From: Candidatus Latescibacterota bacterium
GTDB lineage: Bacteria; Latescibacterota; UBA2968; GCA-2709665
NCBI GenBank assembly: GCA_965222075.1
Contig: OZ244937.1
Coordinates: 1,952,001-2,016,000 of the forward strand
Reading direction: 5' to 3'
DNA: 64,000 nucleotides
How positions within the stretch are numbered: the first letter of the stretch is position 1; each line of letters begins with the position of its first letter. Both the position numbers and the translations under genes were made by a program. This document shows positions 39,698-49,640 of this stretch, piece by piece. The notes beneath the pieces were generated by a model, which was not told the origin of the DNA, did no database searches, and saw nothing but the letters and a program-made list of their open reading frames with translations.

Positions 39698-39942
39698 GGA
39701 AAATCCCCTGACCTGGAAAAAACCGACAGAGACGAACCGTGGCCCATAGGTCTCCTCTATCGAAAAGAGCACACAAAGACAATATCTCACCGCGTCAGAA
39801 CGGTTCCTGTGATCAGACAATATAAGAAAATAATTCCCGCAAGTAATGTTCAAAATAAATGGATGGACACCGTCCGGACGCCCATCCATTTCCATTGAGA
39901 AGTTGCTTGTCGGGTCAGGATTCTGAAGTCGATTTAACCTGC

Positions 39943-40470
39943 CTAAGCGCTTCGAGTTTGTTTTGAAGCTCTCGCTCGAAGAGCGCCAATCCGGCCGGCG
40001 AACCGCATATAGACAAACACCGGCTTCGGCGTGATGATCAATTCCGGTATTAGGGCGTGATGCGTGTTCTTCATAGTCACCCCGACGGCGTGGAACCCGT
40101 ATTTTTGACTCAGGGACACAATCTCGGATGTCCTGTCGTAGGTCATCAAGAAATCCGTGCCGCTGTCGGCAAGCATCTCAAACAGCCGCGGATGATCTAT
40201 CTCGTTGTGGGCGTAAAGCCGTCTGCCCGCGCGCTTGCCGCCGGCCGTATATGGCGGGTCTACGAAAATCACCTCGGCACCACTGGCGTCTGACCTGCCT
40301 GCCGCGCTATGCTTGGCGCAGGCAGGTCCATAACCGCGGTTGGCCAACAACTCCTCCAGCAACTGCATGCCGTCCGTTTCCCGAAAGTCGATGCGGTCTG
40401 CGTGCCGCCCAATCTCCCGCAAGCGATTCACAATGGTTTCGGGATACCAACGGGACGCGTCGAAACCCGA
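39943..40470 (-). pseudogene. 5'-truncated Dam-like (D12 class) DNA adenine methyltransferase
   Basis: WYPETIVNRL..FVDPPY..GRRLYAHNEIDH..FLMTYD. The N-terminal SAM-binding motif is missing and there is no room for it before the upstream gene. Confidence 0.7.
40294..40326. repeat. CCTGCCTGC...GCAGGCAGG palindromic element within the methylase remnant
   Basis: 33 nt with 11-bp arms (GACCTGCCTGC/GCAGGCAGGTC), encodes PACAKHSAAGR just before DPPY. Confidence 0.75.
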
Positions 40471-40488
40471 AGGCCTGGACACCTCTTT

Positions 40489-41760
40489 CTACTCAACGCC
40501 TGCCTGCGCTAAGGCTGCCCGGATATCTTCTTCTGCTCGATAGCCCACCGTATAACTCTGCACAATCCCATCTTTGTCGATCACCAGCGTCGTCGGGATG
40601 CCCTGCACCTTGTAGAGTCCCCACACCGCCTTCCCCTCATCTGTCAGCGTCGTGAACGTATAGCCCTTCTCCTGCGCGAACTTTCCGCGCCACCTCTGCC
40701 GGTTCCGCATTGATCCCCAGAACAACCAGCCCCTTCTCTTTAAACGCGTATAGCCCTTCTCCTGCGCGAACTTCCGCGCCACCTCTGCCGGTTCCTGCCC
40801 CTTCTCTTTAAACTCCTCGTGGAGCTTCTGAATATGCGGAAGCGCCTCGACGCACGGGCGGCACCAGGACGCCCAGAAATCGATCAGCACCGTCTTGCCG
40901 CGCAAAGACGTCAGACGGACCTCTTTCCCATCCAGGCCCTTGAGCGCAAACTCCGGCGCCTCTTTTTGCAGCACGCCCGCCTGCTGCGCCTGCGCATCCT
41001 GCATCCTTTTCATCATCGCATTGCCGTCGCCCACCGGCACGCCCGCCAGCGGCGTGTACACAAACAGGGAATCCGCTGCCTCAACGTCGAACGCCAGGTC
41101 CTGAATCGTGAAACTCATCAGCGCATTGCCCGCTTTGTCGTACACATCCATCGTTCGGACAAAACCGTCCCTGGCCCCTACCCGGAACTGCATCCGGTCA
41201 ATCGGCATCGGGCCGGTCTGCGCGCCGGACCTGGGTTTGAGATCGACCACGTAAGCCGGCGCCCCTGAGACCTCATCCATCCCGCTGACCTTCAGGTCGA
41301 ACTGGAGCATCACCTGGTTCTTGAGCTCCTCGATCCGGTCGGCATCCACCGTCCCCCAGGGACCCAGGCCGCTGACCTGCGCCGCCGCGCTCGCATCCAT
41401 CGTGGCAAGGTCATATTTGACCACCTGAAGCCCCATCGGCATCTTCACCGTCTGCCACATCGTCTCTCCATTGGAGATAACCGAAGTCGTCATCTCCCCT
41501 ATCGGCATGGACATTCGGATCACAACGCGGAGCTTCCCGGGGCTCTTCAGCATCCCCTCCCCCTCTCCCGTTATCGTCTGTCCCATCATCGAAGCTGTCT
41601 GTGTAAACGTAAACCTCGCAGTCCGGGTTCGAGTCGAACGCGCTTTCATCAGATCGAACAGCCCATCCACATCGATGTCCGCGGGCTTAAGGGCCTCCTG
41701 TGCGCCGGTCAAAGACCCACAGACGAAGAGCAGCGTAACGGCCCGGATAATGTGCTTCAT
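40489..41760 (-). CDS. Exported LolA-like (DUF2092-type) domain fused to TlpA/redoxin domain
   Basis: Signal peptide, KSPGKLR..VISNGETMW..FVYTP, then APEFALKGLDG..IDFWASWCRPC..GIPTT; contains an internal scrambled duplication. Confidence 0.8.
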   Translation of the reverse strand: MKHIIRAVTLLFVCGSLTGAQEALKPADIDVDGLFDLMKARSTRTRTARFTFTQTASMMGQTITGEGEGMLKSPGKLRVVIRMSMPIGEMTTSVISNGETMWQTVKMPMGLQVVKYDLATMDASAAAQVSGLGPWGTVDADRIEELKNQVMLQFDLKVSGMDEVSGAPAYVVDLKPRSGAQTGPMPIDRMQFRVGARDGFVRTMDVYDKAGNALMSFTIQDLAFDVEAADSLFVYTPLAGVPVGDGNAMMKRMQDAQAQQAGVLQKEAPEFALKGLDGKEVRLTSLRGKTVLIDFWASWCRPCVEALPHIQKLHEEFKEKGQEPAEVARKFAQEKGYTRLKRRGWLFWGSMRNRQRWRGKFAQEKGYTFTTLTDEGKAVWGLYKVQGIPTTLVIDKDGIVQSYTVGYRAEEDIRAALAQAGVE

Positions 41761-42288
41761 CTCATACCCTCCACAGGTAAGGGTTTTCAATGGAATTTAG
41801 ACTATAACCTGAGTTTGATGATTGACAGTTTGGATCGCGGCGCTGTAAGTGAGGAGAACCTGACCTTTCTTTGGGGTTGATCCCCAAAGGGTTACGAGGT
41901 CTTGACAAGGAAGCAACTTGGGGTAAACCCAATGCGGATGGCTGGGTTTATGGCCACGGCAGCTTCTCAATAACCTCTTACAAAATATACATGATTAGAA
42001 AAAACGTCACAAGTAGATTGTAAGTGCGCTTTTGACAGGTGCCAACTCCGGTATCGACGAAACGATTGCTTGAAAGTACATACAGACAACCCCCTTACCT
42101 GTCAACGCCTTACATCCCAGACCCACCGGCTCCTTTACAACTTGCCGTCCCCCCATTTTTCTTTGTAACTTATGTGACACCGCCATCAGAAGTTCGCTCC
42201 TGTTAGTACCGTGTTGTTTTCTATGTGATTCCGTATGGTGGTTCTGTGGCGCTCTTGAATTTCCAGTTCAACCAAATGAGGATAAACG

Positions 42289-43065
42289 ATGGAATCCCTA
42301 ACCCTGCTTTCCGGCCACACAATGCCTGTTGTCGGCCTTGGCACCTGGCCGCTGAAAGGCCAACAGTGCAAACAGGTCATCAAAAAAGCCCTTGAACTCG
42401 GCTACACCCACTTCGACACCGCCTGGATCTACAAAAACCAGCGTGAAATCGGCGAAGCGCTCCGGGAGGCCGGTGCTGACCGTTCACAACTCTTCATCAC
42501 CTCCAAAGTCGGCAAAGATTACCTGCAATATGAAGTCGCCCTGAAACAAGCCGACGAGATCCTCCGGCATCTCCGGATGGACTACCTGGACCTGCTGCTC
42601 GTCCACTGGCCCAGCGAAACCGTGCCCATGGAAGAAACCATCAGCGCTTTCAACGAAATTTTCGACGCCGGAAAAGCCAGAAGCATCGGCGTCAGCAACT
42701 TCTCGGTCGAACAAATGAAACGCGCCCGATCCCTCTCCGCAACACCGATCAGCGTCAACCAGATCAAATACCATCCGGGCTACGAACAGCGAGATATCCT
42801 GCAATGGTGCCTGGGAAACAACGTAGTCGTAACCGCCTACTCCCCTCTGGGCAAAAAAAACATCCTTCAAGATCCCCTCCTGTTGGAGATCGCCCGCATC
42901 CATAACAAAACGCCTGCACACGTCGCCCTCAAATGGCTGGTCCAAAAAGGCATGATCATCATCCCCAAAGCCAGCTCCAAAGAGCACCTCCAGGCCAACC
43001 TGGATGTCTTTAACTGGTCCTTATCCCAAAACGAGATGCAGTCCATCGACCGAATCGCGGGGTAA
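42289..43065 (+). CDS. Aldo/keto reductase (DkgB-like)
   Basis: GLGTW, FDTAWIY, LLLVHWP, IGVSNF, AYSPLG, IIPKAS. Confidence 0.93.
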   Translation: MESLTLLSGHTMPVVGLGTWPLKGQQCKQVIKKALELGYTHFDTAWIYKNQREIGEALREAGADRSQLFITSKVGKDYLQYEVALKQADEILRHLRMDYLDLLLVHWPSETVPMEETISAFNEIFDAGKARSIGVSNFSVEQMKRARSLSATPISVNQIKYHPGYEQRDILQWCLGNNVVVTAYSPLGKKNILQDPLLLEIARIHNKTPAHVALKWLVQKGMIIIPKASSKEHLQANLDVFNWSLSQNEMQSIDRIAG

Positions 43066-43242
43066 AGAACGCGCTTGAATCGGACGTTTTGCGGCCAGAG
43101 AGCGGAGGGTGTGACCGAGGTTCGAGCGGCGGAGTCGGGCGAGGCGCTGGAGGTACATGACGTAGAGCTCGAAGGGCGGAACTGCAGGCGGGGGTGATGC
43201 TGGCGCAGATGGAGAAAGCCGAGGAGATTCAGGTCTTCAAAA

Positions 43243-43338
43243 CAGACCGTCAAGACGGCAACGCAAGGAAAAACCACCGGCTACGACGCCGGAAAAAAAG
43301 TAAAGAGGCGCCAAGCGATACCGGCGTGTAGATACCGA
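43243..43338 (+). mobile_element. IS5-family transposase remnant
   Basis: Translates to QTVKTATQGKTTGYDAGKKVK, then frameshifted RKR..VDT, matching the SVKT..GYDAGKKVKGRKRH.VDT motif. Confidence 0.6.
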
Positions 43339-43356
43339 GAAGCTGTGCAGCGAGGT

Positions 43357-44223
43357 CTAATGTCCTTCATGCGCTTCCATCCCATGGTGTATGGCACTGG
43401 ATTCAACGTAATACAGTGCATAGGCGAGACCGACTCCCACGAGGAGGGATACGATGAGCTTGCCGCGGTCGTGGCTGTGGAAATGTATCTCCGGCAGCAG
43501 ATCGCTCAAGGCAATGCACAGGAACGCGCCAGCCGCGAAGGCCAGCACATAGCCGACCACCTCCCCTACTTCCCACGGGTCGAGCAATCCCACACCCCAG
43601 AAACTCGCCAGTGCCACCAAAGGGCACAGCATGGCAAATCCGACATTGGCCACCGTCCGGGCACGCCGGCTGTGACCGGCGGACTTCATCATGCCGATAA
43701 TGGAGTACGCATCGAGCGGCTTGTGCAGCAGAATGGCGAGGAATACCCCCAGTCCCGCCAACGCGCCTTTGCCGTCGTGCGGCGGACCCATCTGCATGCT
43801 GGTGCCCAGAGCGACCCCTTCGGTCACGGTGTGCACCCCCAGGCCGAGGGCAACGCCCAGCAAACTCCGCGAATGTACACCGGAACCACCGTGGCCGTGT
43901 TGATCGTACAGATCGCTTGCCTCACTGCTGAAGTCATGCTGATGAAAGTGAAAGATACGCAGCAAAAAAATCATCAGGATCATGCCGAACACCATCCATC
44001 CCACGGCTTTTTTTACAATGTCAGGCCCGGAAATGCGCTCGAGGCTGTGGGGTAGAAGATGATACATAGCGATGCCAAGGATGAAACCTGCCACAAGACT
44101 CATCAAGATCTGTGTACGCACGTGCGTCATGGTACCCAAAGCCGCCAGTTTTCCGCCAAGCAAGGAAGCGGCAAAGATAGCGGCTGAGTATCCCGACAAA
44201 ATCAGTAGAGAATCTGAATCCAC
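43357..44223 (-). CDS. ZIP family metal transporter
   Basis: HLLPHS, His-rich loop HFHQHD..HGH, GVHTVTEGVALG, LHKPLD, SDLLPE. Confidence 0.9.
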   Translation of the reverse strand: MDSDSLLILSGYSAAIFAASLLGGKLAALGTMTHVRTQILMSLVAGFILGIAMYHLLPHSLERISGPDIVKKAVGWMVFGMILMIFLLRIFHFHQHDFSSEASDLYDQHGHGGSGVHSRSLLGVALGLGVHTVTEGVALGTSMQMGPPHDGKGALAGLGVFLAILLHKPLDAYSIIGMMKSAGHSRRARTVANVGFAMLCPLVALASFWGVGLLDPWEVGEVVGYVLAFAAGAFLCIALSDLLPEIHFHSHDRGKLIVSLLVGVGLAYALYYVESSAIHHGMEAHEGH

Positions 44224-44356
44224 GATAGCTATAACCGGAAATTATCTGAGAAGCTGTCTTACCCTATCGCCGCGGCACCGGGTCGAAATTCTGTCGGTGG
44301 CGCATTGACTCCATATCGGATTGCACTTTTTTTTGTACATTATGAACTTCTGAAGG

Positions 44357-44744
44357 ATGGACGCGTATATTCAACGCGAACGGTTCCGGGTAGCCAATGG
44401 CACGATGGGGATACTTCCAGTGAACATAACAGACGATGCTTCTGGCATACTTTGCCGGCTCGCGCCAGATGACATCGAAGCCGAGCGGCGCGGCCATATC
44501 CGACTTGAACTGTTTGCCGTCGAAACAGCGCGGCATCCGCCTACACTTGTCCGTCTAATGCGCCACCCGCCAGGCGGAGCAGGAGCTGACCACTTCTGTC
44601 CAATAGAGACCGCTGTGTTCGGGCGTGGGGTTCTTTGAGGTCAGCCCCGACGAACGCCAGGTACTCTTCGGCACATCTGGAGGTAGCGTGCATGTGCTGA
44701 CTTTAGCGACGGATTGGAAAGGTCCAGAAGGTGCAGTCGTCTGA
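44357..44744 (+). pseudogene. Degraded gene fragment with a WD40-like C-terminus
   Basis: A frame change near 44620 gives GVGFFEVSPDERQVLFGTSGGSVHVLTL; no intact long ORF. Confidence 0.3.
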
Positions 44745-45405
44745 CAAAAAAAAGGGCAAGATGGATGTTATGGTGGCCCCAGTCTGGCGCAGAGCAGGCG
44801 AGTTCACCTACCGTCAAGCGTCTGTCCTCTGAGGATAGACCTGCAGAGGATCATCCTGTGGAACGGTGGGCAAGAGATTGTGCTGAGTAAAGACTGGACC
44901 AGCGAGTTCATCAGACAGCTCGTCGATGATGAGAAATAAAGGCGTCGACGTATCACATACCGCCCGCAGAACCCACACACCACCCTCAAATTGTCACGCT
45001 GCTTGCGCAGAAAAGCAAAGGCTCCCAGGCGGCGCGCCAATCCGCCTGCGGCGGAACATGCCCCTTCGCGAGCGGCTGAAAGTCAAAGAAGCTGAAATCC
45101 TGGTCACGCAAGAGGGGACCACCCAACCCTGAATCCGTGTTGAATTCCCTGTTAAAAGTGTTTATCTTATGCAGGTAGATCGTAAATCGTGAAAACGAGC
45201 CGCGCTTCACGAACCAGGAACCACACAAACGTGGAAAGTGATAAAATGGTCGGAACGTAAACATCCCTACAATTTAAACTTCGCCTATCATCCGTCTCCT
45301 CGCAACACGATTTATTCGCTTGTCATCTTACCTCCACTTTGGTTAATTTAGGGACTTATTAAATCGTCATTTTCAGATCTACAGAATAATGAAGGAGATC
45401 CTCAC

Positions 45406-46179
45406 GTGAGCCTGCGCCGCTGTCCCCTGTTCCTGCTGGTCTTCCTCCTTACAGCCGGTTGTGGCAACGAAGCGCCTACCGACACCGAGCCCTCTGCCAA
45501 TGCGGACCTCATCCAAACAGAACCGATCCGCTTTATCACCAGCGACGGCTTTACCATCAGCGGCACCTGGTTTAGCTCCAACAGGCAGCAGGGCGCCTGG
45601 CCCGTTGTGATCCTGCTTCACATGTTCGGCGGCAACCATGCCCAGTGGACCCCCTACGTTCCGGAACTGGTCGAGGGGGGCTACCTTGTCCTCGCCTTCG
45701 ATTTGCGCGGCCATGGTCAAAGCACAGACCGGAACGGCTCGTTTGCGCCACGCACCCTCTTCTCAAGAGACGACCTTGACAGCATGCCCTTAGATGTAAA
45801 GGCCGCCATCGACTGGATCAAAACCCGGTCCGAGGCAGACGCTCAGCGCATCGGCCTCATCGGGGTCGACATTGGCGCCAACATCGCTTACATCAGCTCC
45901 GGCACCCTCTCCGGGATCAAAACGGCCGTCTCCATCTCCCCCGACAACCAGCAGAGTGTGCTGACGGGTGAAGACATCCCCGATTTTCAACCCCGCTCGG
46001 TCCTCTTTTTGGCCGCCTTCGGCGATGGATATGCCTTCACATCGGCCGAGGCCATGGCCGAACAGACGCAGAACCCCAAACGTGTCAAAGGGTATCAGGG
46101 CACGGCCCACGGCTTCTTTCTGCTCAACGATGCGGATGCACGATCCGAAGTGTTCAAGTGGCTCAAGGAAAACCTTTAA
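45406..46179 (+). CDS. Alpha/beta hydrolase-fold lipoprotein
   Basis: Lipobox LTAGC, ILLHMFGG, DLRGHGQS, GVDIG at the nucleophile elbow, AHG. Confidence 0.8.
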   Translation: MSLRRCPLFLLVFLLTAGCGNEAPTDTEPSANADLIQTEPIRFITSDGFTISGTWFSSNRQQGAWPVVILLHMFGGNHAQWTPYVPELVEGGYLVLAFDLRGHGQSTDRNGSFAPRTLFSRDDLDSMPLDVKAAIDWIKTRSEADAQRIGLIGVDIGANIAYISSGTLSGIKTAVSISPDNQQSVLTGEDIPDFQPRSVLFLAAFGDGYAFTSAEAMAEQTQNPKRVKGYQGTAHGFFLLNDADARSEVFKWLKENL

Positions 46180-46202
46180 ACCGTCCAGGGGAGGAGACAA
46201 GC

Positions 46203-47681
46203 ATGAAAACAGCGAAGCGGTTTTTTCGGATACTGATCTTTCTCGTTACCGGTTTCCTCGTCTGGGAGTCTGCCTATGATGAGGCCTGGGCACAGCGTGG
46301 GGGTGGGAGGGGAAGGCGTGGCCGGGGGGGCATGGACCTGAGCAGCTCCCAGCGCCGCGGTCCCTTTTCGAACCTGCCCTGGGGAGCTCAGGAACTTCTC
46401 GGACAGTACCAGGAGGCGTTCCGACGCCTGCCGCCGCAGCTTCGGGTCTACATTCTGACCGCTCTGAGGGGTTGGGACAGCTTCTTCCCGCCCGAAAAGA
46501 AACAGTTCGAAGTCTTTTTACGGAAGGCCAAAGGCGCCTCTCCCGAAGAACTCCGGGACGCATTTCATGGCACCCTGCCCCCTCTCTCCCGAAGAAACGT
46601 TCAGGACTTGCCCCCTTCGGACGAAGGGGACGTTCAGCCTGCCCCCCCAAGGGGCAGGTGGGGCAGGAGGGGCATGCGTGGAGCCGCCGGTCAGACAGGA
46701 CCCAGGCGGCGCGGCCCCCGGATCTCCCTTACCCCCGCCCAGTTCGCAAAAATCGATGCGGCGTTCGACCGCTATGTCTTTGCCGACATGGGAATCGGCC
46801 CCGGCCTGATCGTCATCGCCTTCAGTGCAGCAGCTACCCCAGCGGCCAATTCGGTCCTCCAGGACAGCCTCATCTCCCAGGGCACCCTTTTGAAAAACGT
46901 CGCGTTCACCGATCCGCCCAAAACCTGGATTGCAGCCCTCCTCACCGGATGTGGGGATCCCATCAAAGGGAAAAACCTGCGTTATCCCTCCCTCTTCGAG
47001 TACCACAATCGGGACCTGGACGATAAAACCCATACCAGAACCCTGGCCCTCTACCCGGGCAAAGACGCTCCCCCTGCTGTGAGCAAAACCAGGGGATTTG
47101 GGAAAAAATACGGCCCCCTCACGGTCCGGGCTTCCGATTTTGAGCCTGCCGTCAGTGTCATCAACAGTGAAATGGAGGCAGCCCGGCAAAAAGGCCGTTC
47201 GGAAAAGTATATCGAGAAAATGGTCAAACCCAAATTCACCCCAAAAACGCTGGGGCTCGACAAAACCCTGAGCGATGAGGCCCTGATACGCCTCGTCACC
47301 AGGACCCTCCTGGCCTCCGACGAAAACCTGAATTTAGACAACACCTTCCTTAGAGACCTCGCCTTCAGCTGCCTCCTCAAGGCCCAGCCGGACCTGTTCT
47401 TTGTTCACCTGAAAGACGACGGCAGCCCGGAAAACCAGCGCTTCCTGCTAACGGCCCAGGAAGTACACCGATCGCACTACAGATACAAAGACCGAACAAC
47501 CCTGGCCGTTTTGGATCAAAGCCGGGGCCAGGTCCTCATCATAGGCCCGGGAATTCCGGCAGGCCGCGAAATTTCCGAGCCTCACACCCTGCAGGACCTT
47601 TCGGTCACCCTCTCCCGGAGGGCCAACATCCGGGCCGCCCAGGCCCAGGGCGTCCCCCTCGAAGACCTGGTGGCGCGGTAG
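46203..47681 (+). CDS. Hypothetical exported protein with RG-rich N-terminus and possible degenerate alkaline-phosphatase-like C-terminus
   Basis: GGAG RBS, signal-like N-terminus, RGGGRGRRGRGG, C-terminal LIIGPGIPAGREISEPHTLQDLSVTL. Confidence 0.6.
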   Translation: MKTAKRFFRILIFLVTGFLVWESAYDEAWAQRGGGRGRRGRGGMDLSSSQRRGPFSNLPWGAQELLGQYQEAFRRLPPQLRVYILTALRGWDSFFPPEKKQFEVFLRKAKGASPEELRDAFHGTLPPLSRRNVQDLPPSDEGDVQPAPPRGRWGRRGMRGAAGQTGPRRRGPRISLTPAQFAKIDAAFDRYVFADMGIGPGLIVIAFSAAATPAANSVLQDSLISQGTLLKNVAFTDPPKTWIAALLTGCGDPIKGKNLRYPSLFEYHNRDLDDKTHTRTLALYPGKDAPPAVSKTRGFGKKYGPLTVRASDFEPAVSVINSEMEAARQKGRSEKYIEKMVKPKFTPKTLGLDKTLSDEALIRLVTRTLLASDENLNLDNTFLRDLAFSCLLKAQPDLFFVHLKDDGSPENQRFLLTAQEVHRSHYRYKDRTTLAVLDQSRGQVLIIGPGIPAGREISEPHTLQDLSVTLSRRANIRAAQAQGVPLEDLVAR

Positions 47682-47711
47682 GGTCACGGCGCACCGTGAC
47701 CTCGCCCCTAC
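47678..47711. repeat. GTAG-type REP-like element between convergent genes
   Basis: GTAG-GGTCACGG-CGCA-CCGTGACC-TCGCC-CCTAC; both genes' TAG stops lie within its ends. Confidence 0.55.
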
Positions 47712-48760
47712 CGCGTCTTCACGGCCCGCCCCCGCCGCACCGACTCGACCTCTTTAAAGCAGAGCCGCAGGGCATCGGCTGCCCGCTGTCCGGACAGTTC
47801 CGGCGCCTCTATCCCCCTGGAAACCGTGTCCACGGCCGCCTGGATCTCGCGCGTAAAAGCAACCACCGGATCGCCCGCCCCCAGCCTGGGTTTGCGGACC
47901 TTCCCGTCATCGGTCAACAGGGTCAGCGGGCTCGACAGTACAGGCTTCCCACCCAGGGTGGAAAACTCGTACACCACCGTGGCCCGCTCCAGATAGACCT
48001 CAAACCCGTGTGTAAATTCACGCCCGGGCTGAGAGATCGCCCCGGACGCGCAGGTGAGACACAGATCGGGGTGGTTCTTATAGCGATAGGTCGTACACAG
48101 GTACTCTGCGTGCTGCCCTTTCACCAGCCGGCCGGCCGATAACACCTGATCCGGAACCCCGCAAAGCAGAAGGATGTAGTGCGTATCGTGAATGTGCAAA
48201 TCGATGCCCGGCCCTCCGCTGCGCGCCATATTGCCAAACTCGGCAGACCAGTCCGGTTTGGAAATAATCCGCCTGAAATGTCCGCCTAAAAGCTTCCCGT
48301 ACGTTCCCTCCTCAACGACCTTCCGCAGATAGGCGAACTCCGGGAAAAAGGGGAGCACCTGGGCCACCATCAGGCATCGGCCCGCCCGCTGTGCTTCCTG
48401 CAGCATCCGGTTGGCATCTTTCATAGTCAGCGCAATCGGCTTCTCCAAAAGGACGTGTTTGCCTGCCCGAAGCGCCTGAACCGTCACCTCCGTGTGGAGA
48501 CCCGTCGGCAGACAGATATCGATCAGATCGATCTCCGGATCGGCCAGCAGATCCGCGATTCGCCGATACGTCCGGATCCCGGAAAGGTCCTCTATCCCCC
48601 CCGGGTCGCCAAAATTGCCCCGCACCCCCCGCCAGTCCCCCTCCAACTTCTTGGGATTCCGCGTACAAATCGCAGCAACCTTCCCCCGCTTCACCTTCCG
48701 GGCGCCCCTGTAATGGGTCATCCCCATAAACCCCAGACCGACAATGCCGATGCGAATCAT
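47708..48760 (-). CDS. Gfo/Idh/MocA family oxidoreductase
   Basis: GIVGLGFMG, AGKHVLLEKPIA, DLHIHD. Confidence 0.9.
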   Translation of the reverse strand: MIRIGIVGLGFMGMTHYRGARKVKRGKVAAICTRNPKKLEGDWRGVRGNFGDPGGIEDLSGIRTYRRIADLLADPEIDLIDICLPTGLHTEVTVQALRAGKHVLLEKPIALTMKDANRMLQEAQRAGRCLMVAQVLPFFPEFAYLRKVVEEGTYGKLLGGHFRRIISKPDWSAEFGNMARSGGPGIDLHIHDTHYILLLCGVPDQVLSAGRLVKGQHAEYLCTTYRYKNHPDLCLTCASGAISQPGREFTHGFEVYLERATVVYEFSTLGGKPVLSSPLTLLTDDGKVRKPRLGAGDPVVAFTREIQAAVDTVSRGIEAPELSGQRAADALRLCFKEVESVRRGRAVKTR

Positions 48761-49097
48761 AAGTACATGTCCTCCACAAAACCGAATGGTCAAAAACGAC
48801 AAATTTCCACCAATATAGGGATAGAAAAAGAGAACAGCAAGGGAATTGACAGCCGAAATACCCTTCCGCTGGGAGTGACATCTCTTATGTTAGCATGAGA
48901 TTGTGACCTTTTTAACCCGGTCTCTCTTTCCCGTTTGGCCTTTTCAAGATTCTCTATTATATTGTAAAAACGAATTATCTTTTATGAAAAAGTTTCGGCA
49001 CGATTTTCGCTAACCTCTGAATACGGGCCATGCGCTTATCTCAATGCCTCTGTACAACCGAACAGAATTTTAACAAACCTTACAATAAGGAGACAGG

Positions 49098-49640
49098 ATG
49101 AAACGCTGTACGCCATGGATCACGGGGATGCTAACGGCCCTGCTGCTCTGGACAGGTCCAACAGGGGCAGCCACCGCTCCCGACTTCAACCTGTGGGACA
49201 CAGGAGGCAAACGAGTCAACCTGAAGGCCCTTCTCAAAAAAGGCCCTGTCCTCCTGGACTTTTGGGCCACCTGGTGCAAACCCTGTCTGAAGGCCATGCC
49301 CAAACTGGAAGAAATCCACAACAAATACAAAGACCGGGGGCTGACCGTCCTGGGCGTCAACGAAGACGGCCCTCGCAGCCAGACCAAAGTGAAGCCCTTC
49401 CTCAGGGCGCGCAAGATTTCATTTCCATCCGTCTTCGACCCCGACGGCGGCGCCATGCGCCGGATGCAGGTCGGGCTGCTGCCCGTAACCTTTCTGATTG
49501 CACCGGATGGCGAAATCGTGCTTCGGCAGGCCGGATATAACCCGGACCATGAAAAGCCCCTGATAGACGCCATTGAATCCTTGCTTCCAGGGACCGACGC
49601 CGGCACAGAGCCCACCGGAGATGCCCGTGCGGAAAAGTAG
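49098..49640 (+). CDS. Exported TlpA-like thiol-disulfide oxidoreductase
   Basis: Signal peptide, APDFNL, LDFWATWCKPC. Confidence 0.9.
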   Translation: MKRCTPWITGMLTALLLWTGPTGAATAPDFNLWDTGGKRVNLKALLKKGPVLLDFWATWCKPCLKAMPKLEEIHNKYKDRGLTVLGVNEDGPRSQTKVKPFLRARKISFPSVFDPDGGAMRRMQVGLLPVTFLIAPDGEIVLRQAGYNPDHEKPLIDAIESLLPGTDAGTEPTGDARAEK

